Part shown: positions 14,201 to 25,792 of the stretch, in pieces
How positions within the stretch are numbered: the first letter of the stretch is position 1
Layout: every line of letters begins with the position of its first letter
Source of the DNA: the human T2T-CHM13v2.0 reference genome, Homo sapiens
Assembly: GCF_009914755.1 (NCBI RefSeq)
Contig: NC_060934.1
DNA: 64,000 nucleotides
Reading direction: 5' to 3' (one strand)
Notes under the pieces: generated by a model
Seen by the model: only the letters and a program-made list of their open reading frames with translations
What the model was told of the DNA's origin: nothing
Databases searched by the model: none
Translations under genes and position numbers: made by a program

Positions 14201-15018
14201 AAAAACTAATTTATTTCTGCCTTAATTTCGTTATTTACCTAGTAGTCATTCAGGAGCAGGTTGTTCAGTTTCCATGTAGTTGTGCAGTTTTGACTGGGTT
14301 TCTTAATCCTGAGTTCTAATTGGATTACACTGTGGTCTGAGAGACTGTTTGTTATTATTTCCATTCTTTTGCATTTGCTGAGGCGTGTTTTACTTCCAAT
14401 TATGTGGTCAATTTTAGAATAAGTGTGATGTGGTGCTGAGAAGAATGTATATTCTGTTGATTTTGGGTGGAGAGCTCTGTAGATGTCTATTAGGTCTGCT
14501 TGGTCCAGAGCTGAGTTCAAGTCTTGAATATCTTTGTTAATTTTCTGTCTTGTTGATCTGTCAAATATTGACAGTGGGGTGTTGAAGTCTCCCAATATTA
14601 TTGTGTGGGAGTCTAAGTCCCTTTGTAGGTCCCTAAGAACTTGCCTTATGAATCCAGATGCTCCTGTATTGGGTGCATATATATTTAGGATAGTTAGCTC
14701 TTCTTGTTGCATTGTAATGCCCTTTGTTGTATTTTTTGATCTTTGTTGGTTTAAAGCCTGTTTTATCAGAGACTAGGATTGCAACCCCTTGTTTTTTTTT
14801 TTTTTTTTTTTTTTTTGGCTTTGCATTTGCTTGGTAAATATTCCTTCTTCTCTGTATTTTGAGTGTATGTGTGTCTTTGCACGTGAGATGGGTCTCCTGA
14901 ATACAGCACACCGAAGGGTCTTGACTCTATCCAATTTGCCAGTCTGTGTCGTTTAATTGGGGGCATTTAGCCCGTTTACATTTAAGGTTAATGTTATGTG
15001 TGAATTTGATCCTTTCAT
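11208..15018 (-). pseudogene. L1 ORF2p (endonuclease/RT) remnant, multiple stops and frameshifts
   Basis: EN motifs CCIQETHL, GDFNTPLS, SDH; RT motifs [21 protein letters not shown] in fragmented ORFs. Confidence 0.93.
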
Positions 15019-15081
15019 TATGATGCTAGCTGGTTATTTTGCCCATTAATTGATGCGGTTTATTCACAGTGTTGATGGTCT

Positions 15082-16103
15082 TTACAATTTGGTATGTTTT
15101 TGCAGTGGCTAGTAATAGGTTTTCCTTTCCATATTTAATGCTTCCTTCAGGAGCTCTTGTAAGGCAGGCCTGGTGGTGAAAAAATCCCTCAGCGTTTGCT
15201 TGTCTGTAAAGAATTTTATTTCTCCTTCGTTTATGAAGTGTAGTTTGGCTGGATATGAAATTCTGGGTTGAAAATTCTTTTCAAGAATGTTGAATATTGG
15301 CCCTCACTCTCTTCTGGCTTGTAGAGTTTCTGCAGAGAGATCTGCTGTTAGTCTGATGGGCTACCCTTTGTGGGTAACCCGACCTTTCTCTCTGGCTGCC
15401 CTTAACATTTTTTCCTTCATTTCAACCTTAGTGAATCTGAAGATTATATGTCTTGGGGTTGCTCTTCTTGCAGAGTGTCTTTGTGGTGTTCTCTGTATTT
15501 CCTGAATTTGAATGTTGGCCTGTCTTGCTAGGTTGGGAAAGTTCTCCTGGATAATATCCTGAAGAGTGTTTTCCCACTTGGTTCCATTCTCCTCGTCACT
15601 TTCAGGTACACCAATCAAATGTAGATTTGGTCTTTTCACATAGTCCCATATTTCTTGGAGGCTTTCTTTGTTCCCTTTCACTCTTTTTTCTCTAGCTTGT
15701 CTTCATGCTTTATTTCATTATGTTGATCTTCAATCTCTGATATCCTTTCTTCCACTTGATCAATTCAGCTATTGATACTTGTGTATGCTTCAGGAAGTTC
15801 TTGTGCTGTGTTTTTCAGCTCCATCAGGTCATTTATGTTCTTCTCTAAACTGGTTAGTCTAGTTAACAATTCCTCTAACCTTTTATCAAGGTTCTCAGCT
15901 TCCTTGCATTGGGTTAGAACATGCTCCTTTAGCTCGGAAGAGTTTGTTATTACCCACTTTCTGAAGCTTACTTCTGTCAATTCATCAAACTCATTCTCCA
16001 TCCAGTTTTGTTCCCTTGCTGGCAAGGAGTTGTGATCCTTTGAAGGAGAAGAGGTGTTCTGGTTTTTGGAATTTTCAGCCTTTTTGCACTGATTTTCCCT
16101 CAT
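15082..16103 (-). pseudogene. L1 ORF1p remnant (disrupted)
   Basis: MRENQCKKAENSKNQ... and ...SLQEIWDYVKRPNLHLIGVPE...NFPNLARQANIQIQEIQRTP in separate ORFs. Confidence 0.9.
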
Positions 16104-17446
16104 TTTTGTGGATTTATCTACCTTTGGTCTTTGATGTTGGTGACGTTCAAATGGGGTTTTTGTGTGGACATCCTTTTTATTGATGTTGATGCTATTCTTT
16201 TCCGTTTGTTAGTTTTCCTTCTAACAGTCAGGCCCCTCTGCTGCACGTCTGCTGAAGTTTGCTGGAGGTCCACTCCAGACCCTGTTTGTCTGGGTATCAC
16301 CAACGGAGGCTGCAGAAGAGCAAAGATTGCTGCCTCCTCCTTTCTCTGGAAGCTTCATCCCAGAAGGGCACTCAGCAGATGCCAGCCAGAGCTCTCCTGC
16401 ATGAGATGTCTGTCAACCCCTGCTGAGAGGTGTCTCCCAGTCAGGAGGCCCAGGGGTCAGGGATCCACTTGAGGAGGCAGTCTGTCCCTTAGCAGAGTTC
16501 AAGTGCTATGCTGGGAGATCTGCTGCTCTCTTCAGAGCCAGCAGGCAGGAACGTTTAATTCTGCCAAAGCTGAGCTTACAGCTGCCCCTTCCCCCAGGTG
16601 CTCTGCCCCAGGGAGATGGGAGTTTGATCTATAAGCCACTGACTAGGGCTGCTGCCTTTCTTTCAGAGATGCCCTTCTCAGAGAGGAGGAATCTAGAGAG
16701 GCAGTCTGGCCTCAGTGGCTTTGCTGAGCTGTGGTGGGCTCTGCCCAGTTCAAACTTCCAGACAGCTTTGTTTACACTGTGAGGGGAAACCTGCCTACTC
16801 AAGCCTCACTAATGGTGGGCACTCCTTCCCCAACCAAGCTCAAGCATCCCAGGTCGACTTCAGATGCTGTGCTGGCAGAGAGAATTTCAAACCAGTGGAT
16901 CTTAGCTTACTGGTCTCCGTTGGGGTGGGATCTGCTGAGCTAGACCACTTGGCTCCCTGGCTTCAGACCCCTTTCCAGGGGAGTGAACGGTTCCTTCTTG
17001 CTGGGGTTCCAGGTGCTGCTGGGGTGTGAAAAAAACTCCTGCAGCTAGCTCAGTGTCTGCCCAAATGGCTGCCCAGTTTTTGTGCTTGAAACCCAGGGCC
17101 CTGGTGGTATAGGTACCCAAGGGAATCTCCTGGTATATGGGTTGCAAAGACTGTGGGAGAAGTGTAGTATCCGGGCCAGAATGCACCATTCCTCACAGCT
17201 TAGTCCCTCATGGCTTCCCTTGGCTAGAGGAGGGAGTTCCCCAACCCCTTATGCTTCCTGGGCAAGGCAACGCTCTACCCTGCTTCAGCTTGCCCTCTGT
17301 GGGCTGCACCCACTGTCTAACCAGTCCCAATGAGATGAGCTGGATACCTTAGTTGGAAATGCAGAAATCACCTGCCTTCTGCATTGATCTTGCTGGGACC
17401 TGCAGACTAGAGCTATTCCTGTTTGGCCATCTTGCCAACCACTGCC

Positions 17447-17764
17447 TTTTTTTTTTTTTTTTTTTTTTTTGGATAGGGTCTCACTCTGTCACCCAGGTGG
17501 GAGGTGCAGTGGCACAGTCTCAGCTCACTGCAACGTCCACTTCCTGGGCTCAAGCTATCCTCCCACCTCAACCTCCTGAGTGATAGGAACACATGTGCGC
17601 ACCACCACGCCTGGCTTTTTTTTTTTTTTTTTTTTTTGCATATTTAGTAGAGATGAGGTTTTGTCATATTGCCCAGGCTGGTCTTGAACTGCTGAGCTGA
17701 AATGAACTACTCACCTTGGCCTTCCAAAGTTCTGGGATTACAGGGTAGGCCACTGTGCCCGGCT
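17447..17764 (-). mobile_element. AluJb-type SINE abutting the L1 5' end
   Basis: Reverse Alu dimer with expanded T-run linker. Confidence 0.9.
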
Positions 17765-17834
17765 AAAGTTCCATATTTTTTTGTGTGCACTAGAATGCCT
17801 GATCATGTTCCCTTAGGCATCCCATATGATGGTT

Positions 17835-18400
17835 GCTATGGTAGGCTTAATCATGGCCCCCAAAGGTATCCAGGTCCTAACTTTGGGAACCTATGAATAT
17901 TACTTTATATATATATATATGTATATATATATATGTACATATATATACACATATATATACATGTATATGTATATATATAATGGACTTTTCAGAAGTGATT
18001 AAGTTAAACACTTTGAAATGAAGAGATTGTCCTTGATTGTCTGGGTGATCCCTAAGTGCAATCCCACATGTCCTTATAAAAGGGGTATTTGACTACACAT
18101 TGAAAAAGAAGGCCATGTGATGAAACCAGATTCAGAGAAACAAGGTGCTACACCACTGGCTTTGAGGATGGAAGAAGGGGTCATGAGCCAAGGAATGTAT
18201 GTCAAGAACCAGAAAAGGCGAGGAAGGAGATTCTCCCCTTGAGCCTCCAGAGGGAACATGACTGTGCCAACACCTCGATTAGCCCTGTAAGACTTAGTTT
18301 GAATTTCTGGCACCCAGAACTGTAAGGGAAAAGTTTTATGTTGTTTTAAGCTACCATGTTTTGTGGTAATTTGCTATAGCAGCCATCAGAAACGAGTACA
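17835..18400 (+). mobile_element. MLT1D/C-like MaLR LTR
   Basis: tgctatggtaggcttaatcatggcccccaaag...gcagccatcagaaacgagtaca. Confidence 0.8.
17906..17979. repeat. (TA)n-rich microsatellite
   Basis: Interrupted TA dinucleotide run inside the MLT1. Confidence 0.95.
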
Positions 18401-18509
18401 GTGACAGAGAACGGTGTTTCCAGGTTATACCTGCATGTTGTAGCAGCAATGACCTGAGTAAAAAGTGGACTAAGAGGACATGAAGCAAGGAACAAGTCTG
18501 GACCAACAT

Positions 18510-21500
18510 CCATTGGTCCCTTCACATTGCTTGGATCCATCCTTGCCCTGTTTTAAATCTAGTGCATCAGAGAGCCTTCAAGGTGCTGTGTGTGTGGTCT
18601 CAAAATCTATTAAATACTCAATTCAGGAGGATTGATGGAACAAGCTGGAGCCTCTGTGGCAGCCACTGCTCCTAGGCCATATTTGGTATTTATCGTCTTC
18701 TTCCTCTACTATCCTTTCCATATTTTTCTCACCTTTGGCTTCACTTTAGTAGGTATAGGATGCTTGTCTGGTGGGGTGACCTGACTTTCACTCTGAGGGA
18801 TTGGAGCCCATGGTTAGTTTTTCCTTGTTGGATCATGATTCCTACAATTGCCCATTTATGGTTATCACTGAGCATGGAAACACCAAGAAATACCTCTGAT
18901 TCCAGATGCTCTGACTATACAACATTAATCTTAGCTCCTCATAATAACCCGGGAAAAGAGTTATATTAATAATTCCTGAATCCACCTTTTGGCCCATTGG
19001 CTTTAAAAATCAAACATGACTAGATGCTAATAGTAGCTCCAGATTCAATAGAACTTTTACTGATTGCCCTTGTGGAAACATCCTTCTCCTACTGCTCATA
19101 AAAAAGAACCGATCACAACCTAAGACTGCAGGAATAGGAAGCACAAATTCACAAGTGAGTCCTTGAGAATTATGGTGAGAGGGGTCAATGCTACTCCCAC
19201 CCTCTTGGTTCCCAGAATCATGTATTCTAGCTATTGGGTATACAACATCGTATGTCAGCTGTTGGTTCATTGTGTATACTGCATTCCAGAGGAATGCAAC
19301 CCACTTCTGCAGGATATGTTTTTCTTGATATGATGCCATAGCTGAGCCTTTAATTGACCATTCCACCATTCTACCATTCTGGCTTCTTCCAGGTGATTTA
19401 GTATATAGTAGGACAAATGAATTCCATAGTTATATGCCAGAAATCACCTCCTCTTCACTGTAAAACAGGTCTGTTGGTCTGATACAATATAATATGTAAA
19501 TTTCATGTCAATAAAGCAGGCATTCTATAAGACCTGGAGCAGGGGGTGCTGGAAGAGGCACCACAGGCAGCGAAGGCAAACCCATACCCAGAGAGAGAAA
19601 TATCAAATCTGGTGAGGATGAATCATTGGATATGAAGGGATCCAGCATATCCTAGCCAATCGTAATCCTGAACGCCACAATCCCAAATGTTGAAATTCCA
19701 AAAGGTCTGGAAAAACTAATTTTTAAAATTATTTAAAATACACTTATTTATATTTTTAAAAGGGGATTTATTTAAGAAACACATAAAAACACATCTGAAC
19801 ATTTCATGGGCCACTTTAAGCAATAAAATGGACAATAATAACACACATATTTTTGCAAGCATAAATACTCAGGTATGCTAATGACAGTCACACAGATATA
19901 ACAGGTATGAGTAGGTAAACTGTATGGTAAAGAAATAGGTCAAAAAGGGAAATGTATAAACAAATGTCACTATGGTTGGTAATTGTGTGCACTCAGCTTT
20001 ATAATTGTGGTCATCTGAAGTACTGTGATGAACAACCTAAGTCTTTTGACAAGATCAATCAAAAATCGCCATGGGTCACCACTGCATATGGGGTTACCCA
20101 AAGAGCTGAGGTTTCGAGAAATTTCATCTTTCACAAATGCAGATGTACGAAAAGAAGGTCCCTTAATTTATTGAGAAAGTTTCAATGTTTTTATGTATAC
20201 ACATAATGCTCACACACAAAGTTGTGATAATGAACTTTTATGAGGTCAAGTTTGTAATAATGCGTAAGACAAATTAGAACTCTCAAAAAATCTCTACACA
20301 ATGTCTACCTCCCATATCAGAAATGACGCGAAGATGAAACACATAGCATAAAAAATTGTAAAAAATAATGTTCACAATTTAAAGTAGTGAAAAAAAGCTA
20401 AAAAAGAAAAGAAACAACATAAAAAGAAAATTTAACATATGAAAAAGTATATTACAGGAATAGATTATGGGCATTTGCATGGCGATCATTCATAAGACCT
20501 AGCTAACTTTCACGATCATCAACTATATGTTGAAATCTTGCATCATGATGAATAGCTGCTATTTTTCTTTTTGGATATGGCTCTTCTTGGAGAATACATT
20601 CATATTCATTTTCTACGTGGCATGGCTCTGAACTTTTTCTATGAGTCACCGACATGAACGTTCCCTATTAAATTGTCCAATATTCTGTGTCATGCTTCTG
20701 TGTTGTTTTGGGTACTTGGAAGTCCATACTGCATGCATTCATATACAGGTCACAAATTTGGTGCAAACAATACTGGTGATTGAACAGCAACACCCGAAAT
20801 AATGCTTTACCAGGTTTCTCTGTATTTTCCAATCCAGTCAAGTTGACACCTAAAATGAAGCCCACAAATCTGCCCCTTGTTAACTTGGCACCCATAGACA
20901 TCTTCTTAAGCCGTACTTAATTTCCAAATAAAGACAACAACAAGGTAATAGTTCTAACATGATGCAACTATTCTGTGATTGTGATCTTCAGAATTTTAGG
21001 CATCAGGGATTTTAGACTTTAGGGATTTTGATTTTTCGTGATTTCAACATTTGGGATTACAGCGTTCCAGACTGTGTCTTGCAAGATTATGATCCAAACC
21101 TCCCCTTCTAGTAATATAGTAATCACGTGATCAATAATAAATGCTACCTTGTGGCTGGCTGGTTTCATTACAATAATAGTGCCATAGCAAGTGCCTAGTG
21201 TCAGTCTCTGTAGCTGTCAGGAAGGGCATTCATGAATGCCAGTGGCTGGAAGAACCATAACAAGAGGAATGCCATAATCTTGGGCTCATTGATAGCACCA
21301 TCCCTACAACAATGGCCACTCATGGGCCCATTGCCCAAGTACTGAGGTGGCTGAGAGGAGATGCTGGCTTAGATCCATAGGACAACTCATCCTGCCTACC
21401 TGTTCAGTGCCTCCTCTTCAAAGATACAGGTGTGTTGCTCCCATTTCCATGACTCTTTCGCAAACTTTCTTTTATCTGGTCTTTCAATCTTTCTCTTCCC

Positions 21501-22720
21501 AGGATCCCTACTAGCCAGCCAAGCCATTTTTCACTTCTCTAGGTTCTGTGTATGTCTGTACCTCAAGCTGTTTTTTGCTTTATTTAAACTGAATGACCAA
21601 TTACACTGCTGAAAGTCTTGCTGACTGGGAGGATTTTCCTTTTGCACTGTCCTTTGGGACTACCTCTGAGTATTTCTGAAATGTGATAGCTGTACTTACT
21701 CAGATATCCATCTCTATGCCAGGCTGGAGATTTTTCTTTCCTCTGTCAGTTGATTGCAGGGGAATCTCCATGAGGTCATAGGTGAGAACTGAGGTCGAGG
21801 AATCTGTGCAATAGAGCTAGGTAACATGAAGGTCTGTGTAATCTATTCATGTAAACTTATTTGTACCTTTTGGGTCTGCTTGGATCCAAGTCTAAATGTA
21901 CCATTTCTATTGTACAATGGATTGCCTGATCTCATGAAGTGGTGAATCTGATAATACCCATCTCATGATCTGTAATTTTATGTCCCATGCTCAGGTACTT
22001 CACCTCTGCTAAGGCCCAGAACTACACCAGATGCTGCTTTGCAAATGGTAACTATCTCTCTGCCATAGATGGCATGGCCTTACTCCAGAACCCTTGGGTC
22101 TGTGATGTGACTCTTCTGTTGAACCTTGGCAGAGACTCCACACAGAATTTGTATCTGCCATAGCTATCTTTAGCACTACTGATCTGATGAGTCATATGTC
22201 CTGAATGACAGAACACTTTTCACTGCATCACAGCCTGAATCTGCTGCAGATTCTCTTGCTCTGGTCCCACTGAAAGCTGGAAGCATTCTGAGTCACTCAA
22301 TAAATGTGTTGAGAATTAGTCCCAAGTATGGTATATGCTGCCTCCAGAATCCAAGGAAGCCTATTTAGTGCTGTGCCTGTTCTTAGTGGTAGGAGAAGCA
22401 AAGTACAACTTGTCCTTTACCTTGGATGGGATTTCTCAGCATGACTCAGACTGTTGGACCCAAAAACTAGACCAATGTGGAGAGTATCTGAATCTCCTTG
22501 GGATGTAGCTCCCTCCCTCTGGTATACATGTATTTTTACTACAGTGTCCAAACTACTTGCCACTTCCCACTTATTAAGTTCAATCAATATGAGGAACTGA
22601 ATGATGCTCTCCGGAATGTCAATATGATCAAGGCCCTTTGGACTTCATTGTAACAGAGAACAGGAGATATTCCTGGGAACTAACCCTAGATAAAACAGTG
22701 GATATGTGCCACTCTCCAGC
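18510..22720 (-). mobile_element. ERV-L internal (pol) remnant: RT, integrase, dUTPase-like
   Basis: Minus-strand IPSKVKDKL and GFLGFWRQHIPYLG (about 22320-22435); AVYTMNQQLTYDVVYPIARIHDSGNQ in ORF 19010-19369 matches ERV-L integrase C-terminus. Confidence 0.85.
19650..21101 (-). mobile_element. Ricksha (MULE/MuDR) DNA transposon inserted in ERV-L
   Basis: TIR aatcccaaatgttgaaat left and atttcaacatttgggatt...gatccaaacc right; transposase remnant YGLPSTQNNTEA*HRILDNLIGNVHVG on minus strand. Confidence 0.85.
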
Positions 22721-22819
22721 CTGAAAAAAAAGCAAGCTATTTTTGATCCTCTTTATTGGTGTTTGTTGAAGAAAAAGGTTTTACCAGATTAATTGCAAGA
22801 CCTAGTAGACGCTCCATGA

Positions 22820-22900
22820 TTATTTTATAGATGAAGAAACTGAAGCTATGGAGGGTTATAAAACTCCAAGCGTTGACCAGGCTAGGGCACCACACTACAG
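22820..22900 (-). mobile_element. MIR fragment
   Basis: attttatagatgaagaaactgaagct. Confidence 0.6.
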
Positions 22901-23159
22901 GATCAGAGACATCTGGGCCATCATGAAGTAGCCCAAAGTTACCTGGAGAGAGAGAAAAAAATGATGAAGGAAAACTGCTGACAGATTTTGCTTGCTGCAC
23001 AGAGAATCACAGATCCTGGCGCTGAGGGTACTTTGGAAGTCACCTAGCACAACCTCTTACCCTGACAATGAAGTCCCTCTGAAACAGTGTTGGATTTAAG
23101 GTTATGCGTTTCATATAGTGAGGAGGAAAAAACACAGGTGTGCAGGTTTGGAGACATAC

Positions 23160-23637
23160 TGTATCCAACAGCTATTGCAGTTAATAAAACACCCCAAAAC
23201 TTACTAGCTTAAACAACACTTTTTATATTTTCTTTGAACCTATAGGGTTGGCTGACGGGTTATACTATGTTGAGCTGGAATCAGAAGGGCCTGCTTGCTC
23301 ATATATCTGTAGTCAGCTGCAGGTTGGCTAGCTGGATGGCTTGCTGATCTTAGCTGGGCTCTCTCACTCATCTGTGAACAACTGGACTGGCCTGGTCGTT
23401 CTCTGTCTGTCTCATCCTCTAGGCTACCCAAGCATATTCTTATGGTAAAGTCAGAGAAACAAGATGAGTATAAGGGCAAGAAGTATAATTGGCTTGTATT
23501 CCATATGTTAGCAAATGGAGTAACAATGGCTCATTAGCCAAATATGTCATATGAGTCCAAAGTCTGGCAGAGCAGAATTCCCTGGCCACAATGGGAGCAA
23601 TGAAGACTCAGGGCCTTGATGCAGGCAATCTACCACA
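23160..23637 (-). mobile_element. Old MLT1 MaLR LTR
   Basis: gctattgcag..caccccaaaacttactagcttaaacaac...aatctaccaca. Confidence 0.7.
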
Positions 23638-23639
23638 TA

Positions 23640-23830
23640 TAACTCAATTCCAATCCCAGCCATGGCACTTATCAGATAACTCACTCTTCTGAGCCTTAGT
23701 TTCCCTAACTAAAAAAAATAAACAATAATAACATCTATTTCAAAGCATATTATAATGATCAAATAATATTTATATAATGTATCCAGTATAGTGCTTGGAA
23801 CACGAGGGACCTGAAAAAAATGGATGGTTC
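23640..23830 (+). mobile_element. MIR fragment
   Basis: aatcccagc..cactt..ctgagccttagtttcc..aataataacatc. Confidence 0.6.
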
Positions 23831-24129
23831 TTCTGATTATGAAGAGCGGTGTCTTGAGTTGATAGGCCTTTTGCTATCTACAGCTCAGGATGCTCTGCGG
23901 AGGCTGCCAAGGTAGCCCAAAGCTCCAGTCTCTCCCCAAACACTTGGTCGAGGGGGGCTAACCTTCTGAGGACCCACGCTGGCCACAGCTAAAGGGTCTT
24001 AGGACTTTGGAGACTGAAGCTTACCACATCCCTGGGATGCAATATTCTCCAATGTGCTGCCCCCATCCTGACCCAGCCACCAGATGGAGAAGATGGGGAA
24101 AGCTCTGTGCCTCCTTCTGAAAAAGGCAG

Positions 24130-24285
24130 TATGAGTATTGGTAAGAGTCAGGCAGGCCAGCGTTTAAAATTTGGCTTGGCCACTTACTGGCTGTGTAACT
24201 TTGGGTGACTTAGGTAATGTCTTTAATCCCAGTTGTGTTCTATTCCACAGGCCTTATGTGAGCACTAATAAGGTGACATCTGTTT
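24130..24285 (+). mobile_element. MIR fragment
   Basis: caccacttactggctgtgtaactttgggtgacttagg. Confidence 0.6.
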
Positions 24286-24474
24286 GGGATACAGGATTAC
24301 AAGGATGATGTATATGTGGGGAAATGGAGGGTCGGAGACAGAGATAATCATCAGGAAGACATGGGCATGATTCTATTTTTCCCTATGGATGAGAACATGG
24401 TCTGCCTGACAGCAAGTTTAGTTCAAGAACCAGGAGAATCCAATATTTATAAACATATCCTTAAATATAAGCAC

Positions 24475-24917
24475 TTTTTTATTATTATACTTTAAGTTCT
24501 AGGGTACAGGTGCACAACGTGCACATTTGTTACATAGGTATATACATGTGCCATGTTGGTTTGCTGCACCCATCAACTCGTCATTTACATTAGGTATTTC
24601 TCCTAATGCTATCCCTCCCCCAGCCCCCCCACCCCTGACAGGCCCCAGTATATGATGTTCCCCACCCTGTGTCCAAGTGTTCTCATTGTTCAGTTCCCAC
24701 CTATGAGTGAGAACATGCGGTGTTTCGTTTTCTGTCCTTGTGATAGTTTGCTGAGAAAGATGGTTTCCAGCTTCATCCATGTCCCTGCAAAGGACATGAA
24801 TTCATCCTTTTTTATGGCTGTACAGTACTCTATGGTGTATATGTGCCACATTTTCTTAATCCAGTTTATCATTGATGGACATTTGGGTTGGTTCCAAGTT
24901 TTTGCTATTGTGAATAG
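24475..24917 (-). mobile_element. 5'-truncated L1PA5/6-like 3' end
   Basis: L1 3'UTR and ORF2 C-terminus (WNQPKCPSMINWIKKMWHIYT); aagcac repeated at 24469-24474 and 24918-24923. Confidence 0.92.
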
Positions 24918-25258
24918 AAGCACATAGACTTTAACTGCATGTGTTTGCAGAATAGTAATGCAACCTCAGGTATAAAAAAGTGATGGCAGAGCAAGCCAAG
25001 AGCTTCTCAGATCTGTACAGACTTTGCTTTGTATGCATGCTGTCACCAGAAGTTCACCACTTGTTAGAGACTCTGGAGGCCAGGATCAAGTCTACAGATA
25101 TAAAAACTGCACCTCGTCCCACCCTGTTGTGCTATCTGCTTCTCAAAGTTTCTGGATTCTTGGCTAGATAAATCAGGCACATAAGATAAGCACATGGTGG
25201 GTTTGAATCTATTTTTTCTTTGCTCATCCATCCACGACCCATCATAACTGCTGCAGCA

Positions 25259-25304
25259 TACAAAACACTTGGCATAGTACAAAACACTTAGCATAGTACA
25301 AAAC
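25259..25304. repeat. 19-bp tandem repeat (2.4 copies)
   Basis: tacaaaacacttggcatag tacaaaacacttagcatag tacaaaac. Confidence 0.9.
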
Positions 25305-25443
25305 CCAGGAAGAGCACTCAGTCAGTGTTGGCACCTTCAAACCCTCCATTCCAGGGAGATAAGAGCATCATGGTTAGATTCTCTACTTTCTCATCACTTT
25401 TAGTTATTCAAACAGCATTATCAGGGTCTTAAAACTTAGATCT

Positions 25444-25792
<349 letters not shown>

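Larger units (their letters stand above)
10980..17446 (-). mobile_element. Full-length, inactivated L1PA7-like LINE-1
   Basis: 5'UTR end (ggccatcttg) near 17430, ORF1 and ORF2 remnants, 3'UTR tctgggatacatgtgcagaac and catcaacctgtcatctacattagg diagnostics; about 6.45 kb. Confidence 0.95.

Noticed and set aside
11050-16103. Many long minus-strand ORFs up to 183 aa
   Set aside because: All are fragments of L1 ORF1/ORF2 broken by stops and frameshifts; not a host gene or an active L1.
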